Source: Tubiluchus corallicola (Eukaryota > Animalia > Priapulida). Taken from it: a DNA stretch of 64,000 bases. The stretch lies in NCBI GenBank assembly GCA_030141605.1, contig JAQGDQ010000883.1, positions 20,621 to 84,620 of the forward strand, read 5' to 3'. Position 1 is the stretch's first letter. Each line of letters opens with the position of its first letter. The notes under the pieces were generated by a model. That model did not search any database. It saw only the letters and a program-made list of their open reading frames with translations, and was not told the origin of the DNA. A program made the translations under genes and the position numbers. Below are positions 1 to 13,700 of this stretch, one piece after another.

Positions 1-314
1 TGCGGAGTTATTTGAGTCAATTGCAGACAGTTTTTATATACTTTTGCATAGGAGCTGCCAGTGCTTAGGCGTTTTTGAGACAATTAGGTATCATGTATCC
101 TTGATAGTTGGGTATTTTAAATTATGCATGAAACAAGGTAACTGATATTTTAAGTCCACTTAGAGGCTCTCTATAGTGACAAAATTGCTATTTGTTAGTT
201 CGCCCCCTTGAACCCCCATGGGGACTTTGCCCCTCAACACCATTAGGGGCCTAGGTGGCCCCAAAAACCCCGGCCTGTTTCAGAGTTTTTTGCAATTTGT
301 CATTCTCATCCCTG
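1..314 (+). mobile_element. hAT-like MITE family A, 3' part
   Basis: Ends ATTCTCATCCCTG; near-identical to copies at 9110, 17144, 23629 and 38208. Confidence 0.8.
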
Positions 315-749
315 TGTTGAAGGTATGTTTATGTACATTGGTTACTGAATGCACATATTTCGTGCACATGTGTTATTCATTCACTGTGTCACAATCCCAG
401 CGTGCACCCCTGACTCACTAAACACGTTTTACTGGCAATATAAAGTCATTTATACACGATTTTGGTTAGTTAGCAAAGAGTGTGCAACTAATGCTCTGAT
501 TATTTTCAAACTTTGCACGTCAGCTCACGAAACAACGGACTGTGTCCCTAGTATGTACGACTTTTTGGACCAGATTTTGTCCGATTCTTCCGATATCCGT
601 AAAAGCGAGGTCCGGCAAACCGAGATATGAGTGTAGAGAGAATGTAAAAATCGTGAAAGTTGATTTAAAATACAGTAAATGCGCTAAAATGTCCATACAC
701 GTTTCAACACGCTGCTAGTATCATCAACAGTGGAATGAACAACTTCAAT

Positions 750-1194
750 CTTCTTCCCAGCTTTTCCCTATTCGGGGTCGCCGTTGTGAATAAGTCTTCT
801 CCATGCATTCCTGTTGTTGACCACCTCTTCATTTATGTTCTTCTCTCCAAGGTCTCTGTTAATACATTCAAACCATCTCAGCTTGGGTCGTCCTCTTCTT
901 CTATTTCCCAGCACTTCCATTTCCATGACCTCCCTTCCCACGTGATCTTCCCCAACTCTTCTTTTCAGGTACCCATGTTTTTCGAGGCTTCCACTACTTT
1001 CACTGTTCCTCTAATATTACTATTCCTGATTTTATCCCTTCTTGTTACTCCCACCATCCATCTCAACATCCTCATCTTTGCCACATCCATTTTCTTCTCT
1101 TCTGTCTTCTTTAGAGGTGCTGCTTCCAGCCCATAAATTAGGACGGGTCTGACCACTGCTTTGTGAACTTTACCTTTAAGTCTCACTGGAACTT
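750..1194 (-). mobile_element. 5'-truncated RTE-clade LINE (Rex3/Expander-like) 3' end
   Basis: ORF remnant LKGKVHKAVVRPVLIYG...MRMLRWMVGVTRRDKIRN; GAA-type tail; 16-bp TSD AATGAACAACTTCAAT at 734-749 and 1195-1210. Confidence 0.88.
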
Positions 1195-1374
1195 AATGAA
1201 CAACTTCAATAATAGTAGTTAATAACTGTACAATAGGTACATGCATAGACAGGAGTTAATTACTTGTAGACATGCAGAAGCCTGTTAATGAGTGGAACAC
1301 ATTGATAGCATCAGAGGGGTGGGTAGATCATTTTATCCCTAATTTTAATATAAGTTTTTAACTTACTCGCGTAG

Positions 1375-1489
1375 ATTGTTGCGGGAAAGGATAAAGCTTT
1401 CACATACGATTACGTATTCAGTCCCGATGTCGGCCAGGAAGAGATATACATGACTTCTACTTACAAGCTCATCTCTGGTCTATTTAAAG
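1375..1489 (+). CDS. KIF4A: KIF4 exon ([25 protein letters not shown]...GLFK)
   Basis: tag|ATT acceptor, G|gtaatt donor; matches kinesin-4 N-terminal motor FTYDxVF; phase 1 fits the next exon. Confidence 0.9.
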
Positions 1490-4400
1490 GTAATTCTTCT
1501 CTTACTGTATCAAACTGTAAATGAACTGAATTAACTATGATCGTTAAGCGAGTTACGATTCAGGATGTTCGTTTAGATTCCGTACAGGGAAGCAAAATTA
1601 TTTTCTTATTGAAAAAATGTAGATACAGAATCGTAAACTTGCTATTCAGTAGGGCCGATACACCTATGTCACTATATGATACTTACCTCATGATATGCCT
1701 AAGATAATGTTTGCAGACTTTATATAAAGAAACTAGATGAAGCCATTGATAATAAATGCAAAACATATTTTATCAATCAACAGTTTTAGGATTGCTAAAT
1801 GCGAAAATAACTCGACAATCTCTGATTTCTTATTTCTTACTTGTGCAATGTGTAAGCTATTGTTTGCATTGTAAGTCACCAGAAAAGCAAAATATAGCAA
1901 ATACTTTAGGTTTAAAAGTTGTTTGCGCGTTTTCTGGTTCACAAGTTTAATTATAGCCAACGTAATAGCCTATTACAGATTAAACACCTTGTGTTTTCAA
2001 CTGCTTTGGCTGTTGGTCTTGCCTGTGTCAAGTCAACGGCTGTTCACTGTGCAGATTGGGAAGCATCTACAGTATGCTCTACAGCTGCAGCTTGAATTAC
2101 TTCACTGATTGTTATGTATCTACAGTAAACTCTACAGCTGCAGCTTGAATTACTTCACTGATTGTTACGTATCTACAGTAAACTCTACAGCTGCAGCTTG
2201 AATTACTTCACTGATTGTTATGTATCTACAGTAAACTCTACAGCTGCAGCTTAAATTATTTCACTGATTGTTACATATCTACAGTGCACTCTACAGCTGC
2301 AGCTTGAATTACTTCACTCATTGTTACATATCTGCAGTATGCTCTACAGCTGCAGGTTGAATTACTTCACTGATTGTTACGTATCTACAGTATGCTCTAC
2401 AGCTGCAGCTTGAATTACTTCACTGATTGTTACGTATCTACAGTGCACTCTACAGCTGCAGCTTGAATTACTGCACTCATTGTTACGTATCTGCAGTATG
2501 CTCTACAGCTGCAGCTTGAATTACTTCACTCATTGTTACATATCTGCAGTATGCTCTACAGCTGCAGCTTGAATTACTTCACTGATTGTTACGTATCTGC
2601 AGTATGCTCTACAGCTGCAGGTTGAATTACTTCACTCATTGTTACATATCTGCAGTACACTCTACAGCTGCAGCTTGAATTACTGCACTGATTGTTACGT
2701 ATCTGCAGTATGCTCTACAGCTGCAGGTTGAATTACTTCACTGATTGTTACGTATCTACAGTATGCTCTACAGCTGCAGCTTGAATTACTTCACTGATTG
2801 TTACGTATCTACAGTAAACTCTACAGCTGCAGCTTGAATTACTTCACTGATTGTTATGTATCTACAGTAAACTCTACAGCTGCAGCTTAAATTATTTCAC
2901 TGATTGTTACATATCTACAGTGCACTCTACAGCTGCAGCTTGAATTACTTCACTCATTGTTACATATCTGCAGTATGCTCTACAGCTGCAGGTTGAATTA
3001 CTTCACTGATTGTTACGTATCTACAGTATGCTCTACAGCTGCAGCTTGAATTACTTCACTGATTGTTACGTATCTACAGTGCACTCTACAGCTGCAGCTT
3101 GAATTACTGCACTCATTGTTACGTATCTGCAGTATGCTCTACAGCTGCAGGTTGAATTACTTCACTCATTGTTACATATCTGCAGTATGCTCTACAGCTG
3201 CAGGTTGAATTACTTCACTCATTGTTACATATCTGCAGTACACTCTACAGCTGCAGCTTGAATTACTGCACTGATTGTTACGTATCTGCAGTATGCTCTA
3301 CAGCTGCAGCTTGAATTACTTCACTCATTGTTACATATCTGCAGTATGCTCTACAGCTGCAGCTTGAGTTACTTCACTCATTGTTACATATCTGCAGTAT
3401 GCTCTACAGCTGCAGGTTGAATTACTTCACTGATCGTTACGTATCTACAGTATGCTCTACAGCTGCAGCTTGAATTACTTCACTGATTGTTACGTATCTA
3501 CAGTGCACTCTACAGCTGCAGCTTGAATTACTGCACTCATTGTTACGTATCTGCAGTATGCTCTACAGCTGCAGGTTGAATTACTTCACTCATTGTTACA
3601 TATCTGCAGTATGCTCTACAGCTGCAGCTTGAATTACTTCACTCATTGTTACATATCTGCAGTATGCTCTACAGCTGCAGCTTGAATTACTTCACTGATT
3701 GTTACGTATCTGCAGTATGCTCTACAGCTGCAGGTTGAATTACTTCACTCATTGTTACATATCTGCAGTACACTCTACAGCTGCAGCTTGAATTACTGCA
3801 CTGATTGTTATGTATCTGCAGTATGCTCTACAGCTGCAGGTTGAATTACTTCACTGATTGTTACGTATCTACAGTATGCTCTACAGCTGCAGCTTGAATT
3901 ACTTCACTGATTGTTACGTATCTACAGTAAACTCTACAGCTGCAGCTTGAATTACTTCACTGATTGTTATGTATCTACAGTAAACTCTACAGCTGCAGCT
4001 TAAATTATTTCACTGATTGTTACATATCTACAGTGCACTCTACAGCTGCAGCTTGAATTACTTCACTCATTGTTACATATCTGCAGTATGCTCTACAGCT
4101 GCAGGTTGAATTACTTCACTGATTGTTACGTATCTGCAGTATGCTCTACAGCTGCAGGTTGAATTACTTCACTCATTGTTACATATCTGCAGTATGCTCT
4201 ACAGCTGCAGCTTGAATTACTTCACTGATTGTTACGTATCTGCAGTATGCTCTACAGCTGCAGGTTGAATTACTTCACTCATTGTTACATATCTGCAGTA
4301 CACTCTACAGCTGCAGCTTGAATTACTGCACTGATTGTTACGTATCTGCAGTATGCTCTACAGCTGCAGGTTGAATTACTTCACTGATTGTTACGTATCT

Positions 4401-7400
4401 ACAGTATGCTCTACAGCTGCAGCTTGAATTACTTCACTGATTGTTACGTATCTACAGTAAACTCTACAGCTGCAGCTTGAATTACTTCACTGATTGTTAT
4501 GTATCTACAGTAAACTCTACAGCTGCAGCTTAAATTATTTCACTGATTGTTACATATCTACAGTGCACTCTACAGCTGCAGCTTGAATTACTTCACTCAT
4601 TGTTACATATCTGCAGTATGCTCTACAGCTGCAGGTTGAATTACTTCACTGATTGTTACGTATCTACAGTATGCTCTACAGCTGCAGCTTGAATTACTTC
4701 ACTGATTGTTACGTATCTACAGTGCACTCTACAGCTGCAGCTTGAATTACTGCACTCATTGTTACGTATCTGCAGTGTGCTCTACAGCTGCAGCTTGAAT
4801 TACTTCACTCATTGTTACATATCTGCAGTATGCTCTACAGCTGCAGCTTGAATTACTTCACTCATTGTTACATATCTGCAGTATGCTCTACAGCTGCAGC
4901 TTGAATTACTTCACTCATTGTTACATATCTGCAGTATGCTCTACAGCTGCAGGTTGAATTACTTCACTGATTGTTACGTATCTGCAGTATGCTCTACAGC
5001 TGCAGGTTGAATTACTTCACTCATTGTTACATATCTGCAGTATGCTCTACAGCTGCAGGTTGAATTACTTCACTGATTGTTACGTATCTACAGTATGCTC
5101 TACAGCTGCAGCTTGAATTACTTCACTGATTGTTACGTATCTACAGTGCACTCTACAGCTGCAGCTTGAATTACTGCACTCATTGTTACGTATCTGCAGT
5201 ATGCTCTACAGCTGCAGGTTGAATTACTTCACTCATTGTTACATATCTGCAGTATGCTCTACAGCTGCAGCTTGAATTACTTCACTGATTGTTACGTATC
5301 TGCAGTATGCTCTACAGCTGCAGGTTGAATTACTTCACTCATTGTTACATATCTGCAGTACACTCTACAGCTGCAGCTTGAATTACTGCACTGATTGTTA
5401 CGTTGTTTGTGGTTGTTGTTGTTAGTATCTGCAGTATGCTCTACAGCTGCAGGTTGAATTACTTCACTGATTGTTACGTATCTACAGTATGCTCTACAGC
5501 TGCAGCTTGAATTACTTCACTGATTGTTACGTATCTACAGTAAACTCTACAGCTGCAGCTTGAATTACTTCACTGATTGTTATGTATCTACAGTAAACTC
5601 TACAGCTGCAGCTTAAATTATTTCACTGATTGTTACATATCTACAGTGCACTCTACAGCTGCAGCTTGAATTACTTCACTCATTGTTACATATCTGCAGT
5701 ATGCTCTACAGCTGCAGGTTGAATTACTTCACTGATTGTTACGTATCTGCAGTATGCTCTACAGCTGCAGGTTGAATTACTTCACTCATTGTTACATATC
5801 TGCAGTATGCTCTACAGCTGCCGCTTGAATTACTGCACTCATTGTTACATATCTGCAGTATGCTCTACAGCTGCAGCTTGAATTACTGCACTCATTGTTA
5901 CATATCTGCAGTATGCTCTACAGCTGCAGCTTGAATTACTTCACTCATTGTTACATATCTGCAGTATGCTCTACAGCTGCAGCTTGAATTACTTCACTGA
6001 TTGTTACGTATCTGCAGTATGCTCTACAGCTGCAGGTTGAATTACTTCACTCATTGTTACATATCTGCAGTACACTCTACAGCTGCAGCTTGAATTACTG
6101 CACTGATTGTTATGTATCTGCAGTATGCTCTACAGCTGCAGGTTGAATTACTTCACTGATTGTTACGTATCTACAGTATGCTCTACAGCTGCAGCTTGAA
6201 TTACTTCACTGATTGTTACGTATCTACAGTAAACTCTACAGCTGCAGCTTGAATTACTTCACTGATTGTTATGTATCTACAGTAAACTCTACAGCTGCAA
6301 CTTAAATTATTTCACTGATTGTTACATATCTACAGTGCACTCTACAGCTGCAGCTTGAATTACTTCACTCATTGTTACATATCTGCAGTATGCTCTACAG
6401 CTGCAGGTTGAATTACTTCACTGATTGTTACGTATCTACAGTATGCTCTACAGCTGCAGCTTGAATTACTTCACTGATTGTTACGTATCTACAGTGCACT
6501 CTACAGCTGCAGCTTGAATTACTGCACTCATTGTTACGTATCTGCAGTATGCTCTACAGCTGCAGGTTGAATTACTTCACTCATTGTTACATATCTGCAG
6601 TATGCTCTACAGCTGCAGCTTGAATTACTTCACTGATTGTTACGTATCTACAGTAAACTCTACAGCTGCAGCTTGAATCACTTCACTGATTGTTACGTAT
6701 CTACAGTATGCTCTACAGCTGCAGGTTGAATTACTTCACTGATTGTTACGTATCTACAGTACACTATAGCTGCAGCTTGAATCATTTCAAATCATTCTTA
6801 TCAGCATACGGTCAAGCACGTGCTAGTTTGCTAAATATAACAGATGCAGATTATTACAATACGGGTGCGCTTTGGCAACATGATGTCGAAATGAAAAACA
6901 TCATGATGTACAATTACATGCCTATTGAACAAAAATTATACTTCTAGTGCAAGCTAATGTTGTGTTATACATCGTTATTTCTAATCCGATAATTTATTTA
7001 TAGCTATTTCCGGTTCTCCTCATTTCGTCTCCATTGTTGCATTTTATACCTGCTTATCGACCATGGATTATTGTTCACTTTTTTGTTGGTCTCTTTTTTG
7101 GGCGAACTTTTAAATGTGAAATTTGGCTTCAGTTTTGAATCAGAGGCCTTGGGCTTTGCGTCTTACCGTAAGTGTAAGATCTATTTAAATAGAAAAACAT
7201 GGTGACATCTAGTGGTCAGTTGATCTTTAACTCTTTACTTAATTATATATTGCAAACGTATTTGAAGTAACATGGTCATGGCATCTCAATTAAATGAATT
7301 TCTCGATAATTTCAAGACTGGGGAGTCGGTGCATTAAACTCCTAACTCTGGCTCCCACCCCTAGAATTTTAGGAGATCCAATTCCGACTACTAAAATTGT

Positions 7401-10400
7401 AGGAGCCCCTCCTCCTGCCTTTAAGTAACAGTTTGTAGTACTTTCAATGTTTAGCTACAGTGGGGTTTCATCACTACTAGTACTTATGCTACTAAACAGT
7501 CTAGCTGCATTTTAAGACCAATACGAAAGTGCAATACCAATAAATGTGTTAAAACTTAAAAATAACTGGAGTTTGAGTGTATCTATAGTTTTTACCGACT
7601 CTAACCCCGACTCCTCAAAAGCATTCATTTGCTAAATGCCCTTTTTCTTTGTTTCATTGCCGTTTGCAGGATACAATGCTACCGTACTTGCTTACGGACA
7701 GACCGGAAGCGGAAAGACGTACACAATGGGCAGCAGTCACGAATTCCAAGAAGAAGAGGTCTTGGGGATAATTCCCCGGGCTGTTCGTGATATCTTTAAG
7801 ACCGTGTCGGAAAAAGAGGAGTGGGAGTTTTTACTACGAGTGTCTTTTCTGGAAGTAAATATTTATGTTTTGTTTAGCTTCACTGCAAACGGTTTAGTTT
7901 TTTTAATGTCAATAATGCGTGCACGTCCCGTGTAGTTTATTTGCCTCTCAGCCGACACACTTTCTCGTTTTGGAATGTAAAAAATAACTTTTGTGGATTG
8001 TACCACGTCGTAAAATAGCTATAGAATTTCATTATGTGTGTGCTTGCAAACCACCCATAAGTCGGCATACTTAAAACCACGTTATAATGATTCATAGTAA
8101 TATGCACCAAAAATTTGGTCAAATGTTAATTTTTCATGTTTTATAAAAAACAACACTAAATATATTGGAGTTTTACAGTTTAGCATCAAATTAATCAAGA
8201 AAGTGTTCAAAAAAACTTTTAAAAAATTAATTTTATAACCCCTTACCCACTTTTCTGTCTTGAAACTAGTAATATAATTGTGAAGAGCTCGTATTTTCAA
8301 GCTCCGATTGTAGCTCCTGGAAGCTGTCATTTTGCTTCGGGTTTTTTCTGTTGTCACACCCAAATCTTTGTCAGGAAGAGCCATCCGCAGGATTTAAACA
8401 TAACTTCAATGTGTTCTTGCAAAGTCCGCATCAACCAACATTTGTGCGGTTGCTAAGTGTTTGTGTAGAAACACGACGAAAAACAATGGCTGACTTTAAC
8501 AGCGATTTTCTGAAAACTACGTTTTTCAATGCGAAACCTGCACCTCAACTTCAACGTGGATTATCTCAACTTAGAAATAACATACAGCAATGAGCTTGGC
8601 ATCAAGATGATCCTAATGAACTGGAGATTCAGGATATGTGAATAACTAGAAAAGTTTAATTGCTGACTTATGGACAGTTTTGCTATGCAAGTGCACATAT
8701 ATATGAGTAAGGTTCAGAAATACCATATGAAAGTTTGAAATCATGACCTGTATCTCTGTGAGGCTTAGTGAGCTTTACTTTCAATGCCAATGCATGTAGG
8801 ACAAACCTCCAGCTTACTTAGCTGATCGTCTACAATTTCGTGTTTATAACAGGAACACCAGAGCTAGCAAAGCAAATGAATTAGAATTGTACCTTTTGAC
8901 AAAAATAAAATCTATGCTGATTGAGGATTTTCAAGCATTGCACCAAAGTGTTGGAATAAGCTACCAATTGAAATTTGAACTTACACAAATTTAAATTCTT
9001 TTAAAAGGAAACTGAAGACTCATCTTTTTATGCAGTATTTTAATGTATAAGTGATGAATGTTTTGCATTGTATTGATGTTTTTTTTTAGTATTTTTTCTA
9101 AATATTTTTCTGTGACGAGAATTTTTCCGCGGACACGCGGAATTCCGAGTTTTTAGAAGACCAGTAGTGCCATTTTTGTAAATCGCGTGAATTCGTTGAG
9201 AAAATTTTTACGGACCCAGAACATTATTTCGCAAGCTGACCGCTAGGTGGCAGGCCGTCACTTTGTTTACATCACGTACATCAGTGTAACCATGTGTATA
9301 TCTCTATGTATAAAAATATAGAATCAATTGTGCGGAGTTATTTGAGTCAATTGCAGACAGTTTTTATATACTTTTGCATAGGAGCGGCTTAGAGGCTCTC
9401 TATGGCCACAAAATTGCTATTTGTTCCTTCGCCCCGTTGAACCACCATGGGGACTTTGCCCCTCAACCCCATTGGGGGCCTAGGCGGCCCCAAAACCCCC
9501 GGCCTGTTTCAGAGTTTTTTTGTAATTTGTCATTCTCATCCCTGATTTTTAATTGTTCAGCGCTTTTGAAAAAAGATTATTGAACGAACGCTTCATGAAT
9601 AAATACATTATTATTATTATTATAGTGGTAATTTGTTATTAAGCCCTAAAAAATTATTTAAAAAAAGTTTTTTTGGATATTGCTTAATTTCTTTTTTGGT
9701 TTGTTCTGTTAGCTACACAATGAAGATATAAAGGATTTGCTCAATCCAAATAATCGGGACATTGCCATAAGGGAGGATCCAGACATTGGTGGCATTAAGG
9801 TATTTTAATAGTTTGCAGTAATAGGACTTCTTATTACGCCGACGTGGTCTTTGAATCTCCATTATGGAGCTGATACGGAGGCCGAATCCATATGTGCGAA
9901 AATATGTGACACCTAATTAACAACGATAGCGGCTAGTCAACTTTGGAATGGGCTTGTCCCATTGTGCCCAGGTGTCAAACAAATTGGCTTCGTGATGCGT
10001 TGGGCAACCGAAATATTCATTAGGGTAGATTTCGGCTAATTTTGCTACGCGTTACTGAAAATGCTTCAAAACTGCCAAAATGCGTTATTGGTTTCCGTCA
10101 TTATTAGCTCAATGTACGCCCGGCATAGATTTGTTAATACTCTGTTCTCGAGTGCAACTTTGGCACCAAAAGACCAAATAATTATAACAGGCCTCAAACG
10201 CGGCATTTCTTATAAATGGCCGAGTTCCTCAATGGCAATTATATTGCTGAAAACGAGCGGACTTAATTAGTAACCCGAATATATTCCGTGTTGTTGTCTA
10301 CTGCGCGCCTCTTTTACCCCCCCCCCCCCGGTACATAATGCAACAGCTCAGCGGTATTGTTAGCTGCCGCAAGAGCCATCTACTGGTGAACGAACGCCGC

Positions 10401-10649
10401 TTTCGAGTAAAGTCAGTATATGATGTGCAGTATCTCATGTAATGTCTGACCTCAAAACCAGGTGCGTTTGTGATGCGCCAGAAACACTTTCTTTTTCCTG
10501 CTGCTAATTTGAATTACATCTCCGTTGTTAACGATTTGAAAACTGCTTAATAGACTTTGTTATATACATTAATGCCACAGTATAGCATACAGTTATGTTG
10601 CTAGACATTTTGAAGCATATTGGCATTCTCATCTCTCTCCATTGTTCTC

Positions 10650-10711
<62 letters not shown>

Positions 10712-10718
10712 CCTCCCT

Positions 10719-10790
<72 letters not shown>

Positions 10791-13700
10791 GTCTTTCTCA
10801 CTCACTCTTTTTTCTCTATCTTTCTTTTTCTTTCTTACACATTTATTTTTTCTCTTTCTCTATCTGACACAATAGTAACATTGAAAGCCTAGCTGTCTAA
10901 ACTGCAGATCGGTAGGTTGCCTTGACAACACATTGTGAAATACTTGATGCTCACGAAGTCCACACTCAGCCACGATGGTGTTGTACTTGCCTGTAATTCA
11001 AGAGAAATGTTCACATTTATTCTGCTTTTACACAGTTGACAGGATTGTCAGAGATCATTGTTGCCAGTGCCGATGAGACAATGAAGTGCCTCGAAGAGGG
11101 GTCATTCAGTCGCACCACGGCAGCTACAGCTATGAATCGTACCTCGAGTAGATCTCACGCCATCTTTACGATGCACATGGAGATGAGGCATAAGGGAACG
11201 TAAGAATTTAGATCATTTTTATTTCATTACTATGATTATCGTTATTATTATTATTATTAAAGGCAAGAACAAGTCACTTGGTATGTTGGGTTTCTCTTAC
11301 TGTTATCGCATAAACTGTTTGTGGTGTGCTAAAGGAAAGAACAAGTCACTCAGTATGTTGGGTTTCTTTTACTGTTATCACTTAAACTGTTTGTGGTGTG
11401 CTAAAGAAAAGAACAAGTAACTCAGTATGTTGAGTTTAGTTTACTGTTTTCACTTAAACTGTTTGTGGTGTGCTAAAGGAAAGAACAAGTCACTCAGTAT
11501 GTTGGGTTTCTTTTACTGTTATCACTTAAACTGTTTGTGGTGTGCTAAAGGAAAGAACAAGTAACTCAGTATGTTGGGTTTATTTTACTGTTATCACTTA
11601 AACTGTTTGTTGTGCGCTAAAGGGAGGACAAGTCGCTCAGTATGTTGGGTTTATTTTACTGTTATCACTTGAACTTACTAAAATATAAGAAAGAAATTTG
11701 CAAAGAACTGCCCATGAAGCATAAATTTAAAATGTACCACCTGTGACTAGAAATTTTTCGGGTGTGATGGTTGCTGCCATTCTTGAAAATCACGACGTAA
11801 CTGGGAGACTTCGTGACTTTTCGTAAACGCGTACGCTGTTTAAACTAATTCAAATTTCTGCAGCTTACCTAATGTTCACTCGAAAATATTACAAAATTAG
11901 CCAAAGTAGAATGGGCATTGAAAATGAGAGCGCTCAGGCGTGAAATGATCGCAACTTTAAAGTGATTTTACTAATTACACGAGGTGCTTATTGCAGTTTT
12001 ATTACTAAATCCTTCTAACATTTTCGCGAACATTGAAATGTCTAGCTGCCTAGAAGACTTGATCTTTCCTTTAATATAATATCACTTGTACAGTAATACA
12101 TACATAATTTAAGAACACATATTTATAGATCCATTGAATCTATTGATCTGTGTGTCACTTTTGCCTTCTTAGATTGTCTTAGATTTTTTTGCTTCGTAAT
12201 TGCAGTTTCTGAAGGTTTTGTTTTGTTAAATTACATCCCAAAGAAATTTCCTTACGAAGTTATATTACTTAGCATTACGCTTATCAGTTTGAAAAACTTA
12301 AAGCACAAGGGAAACTTTCAACAACATAAAGCTTAAAAAATTCGTTTTGAAATTTTATGTCACTTACATACTGCCTTTTTGCATGCAGGACTTCAATCGG
12401 CAGTCACGCTGTATAAAACATGTAAATTTAAACTCCCGCGATGACCGTTAGACGCAGCCATTTTCACGACAGGTCATTTGAAACAAGTTTAGATAACATT
12501 TTGTAAAGTTTGAAAAAATAATCAGAGCATTCGTAGCGCATACGTCACTAACTAAATAAAATTTAAAATTACTGTATCTTGTCAATAAGATTAAAAATAC
12601 GTTTTTGGTTACTGAGTGGTGCACCCTGGAGGGTGAGTCAGCGACTTTTTACCAATTGGTGAAAACATTTTAAATAATTAATAATTTTCTTTTCTAGTTA
12701 CATAAGTCTTTCTAGTAGGTAAGCGAAAATCTAAGTAATATAGATTTGCAAGGAAAGTCTTTTGAGACAATTTAACATTGCCTTTTCTTCCCTTGATTTA
12801 CGTTAAAAGAAAATTCTTAATAATTTAGAATATTCGCACCAACTGACAAAATGTCACACTGTGCACCACTGATTCACCAAAAAACACATTGTTAATCTTG
12901 TTGACAAGATACAATAATTTGTGATTTTGCTTAGCTAGTGAAAAATGTGCTACGAATGCTATGGTTGTTTTTTCAAACTTGAAGCAAAGTTATCTAAACT
13001 TACCATTAAAATGGCTGTGCCCCATGAGTTTAAATATTTGCAAGTTTCATACAGGGTTACTGCTAACGCAAGCTCTGTATGCAATAAGACAGCATGTAAG
13101 TGATTTTGCAATATTATTGAAGGGATTTTTGGCAGTGCAATGTAATCTCTAGTGTAGTTTGCCAAAGCGTTCATGAATTTAAAAACATTTAAATCGGTGT
13201 TTTCTTTCATATATATTAGCTCCTTTTTTCATTTTTTAACTCAATTCCTTGCATTTTTCTGCCATCTTAAAGAAACTTATAATATATGCTTTCATATTTG
13301 GTATGGCTGTTGGGCAAATGTATAAGCATTAGTACTTTATTCACTTCAGAGAACACAGCACACTGATGTGAGTTCGTAATGCCAGCGTTTTCTTTGAAAT
13401 TAAAACAACACAGATTCATTGAGGCTGCACACACTGTCAGTACTGCACACGCAAGCACGATTAGACCACATCCAGATTCATCAGGACGAACTTGACCGGG
13501 ATCCGGTTTTTGGCCACCGCCCTTCGATCCCCGGTCAGGCATGGCCAGGTGCACAGCCTTTCTGGAGTGACATTAAAAATGAAAAAGTATCTTAATTCAC
13601 TCTGCATAACATATGGCAGAGAGAAACGTATAAATTTGTGCCAGCAGAAACGCCCTTGCTAACAGATGTTTGTCGAGTGCTGTTCTGTTCACACGGTAGC

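Noticed and set aside
2065-6783. CRISPR-like array
   Set aside because: Head-to-tail units with no unique spacers, eukaryotic intron, no cas genes; the same holds for the other arrays
13470-13566. Hammerhead ribozyme on the minus strand (GAAA...CTGATGA)
   Set aside because: Stem II is out of register and there is no NUH cleavage triplet
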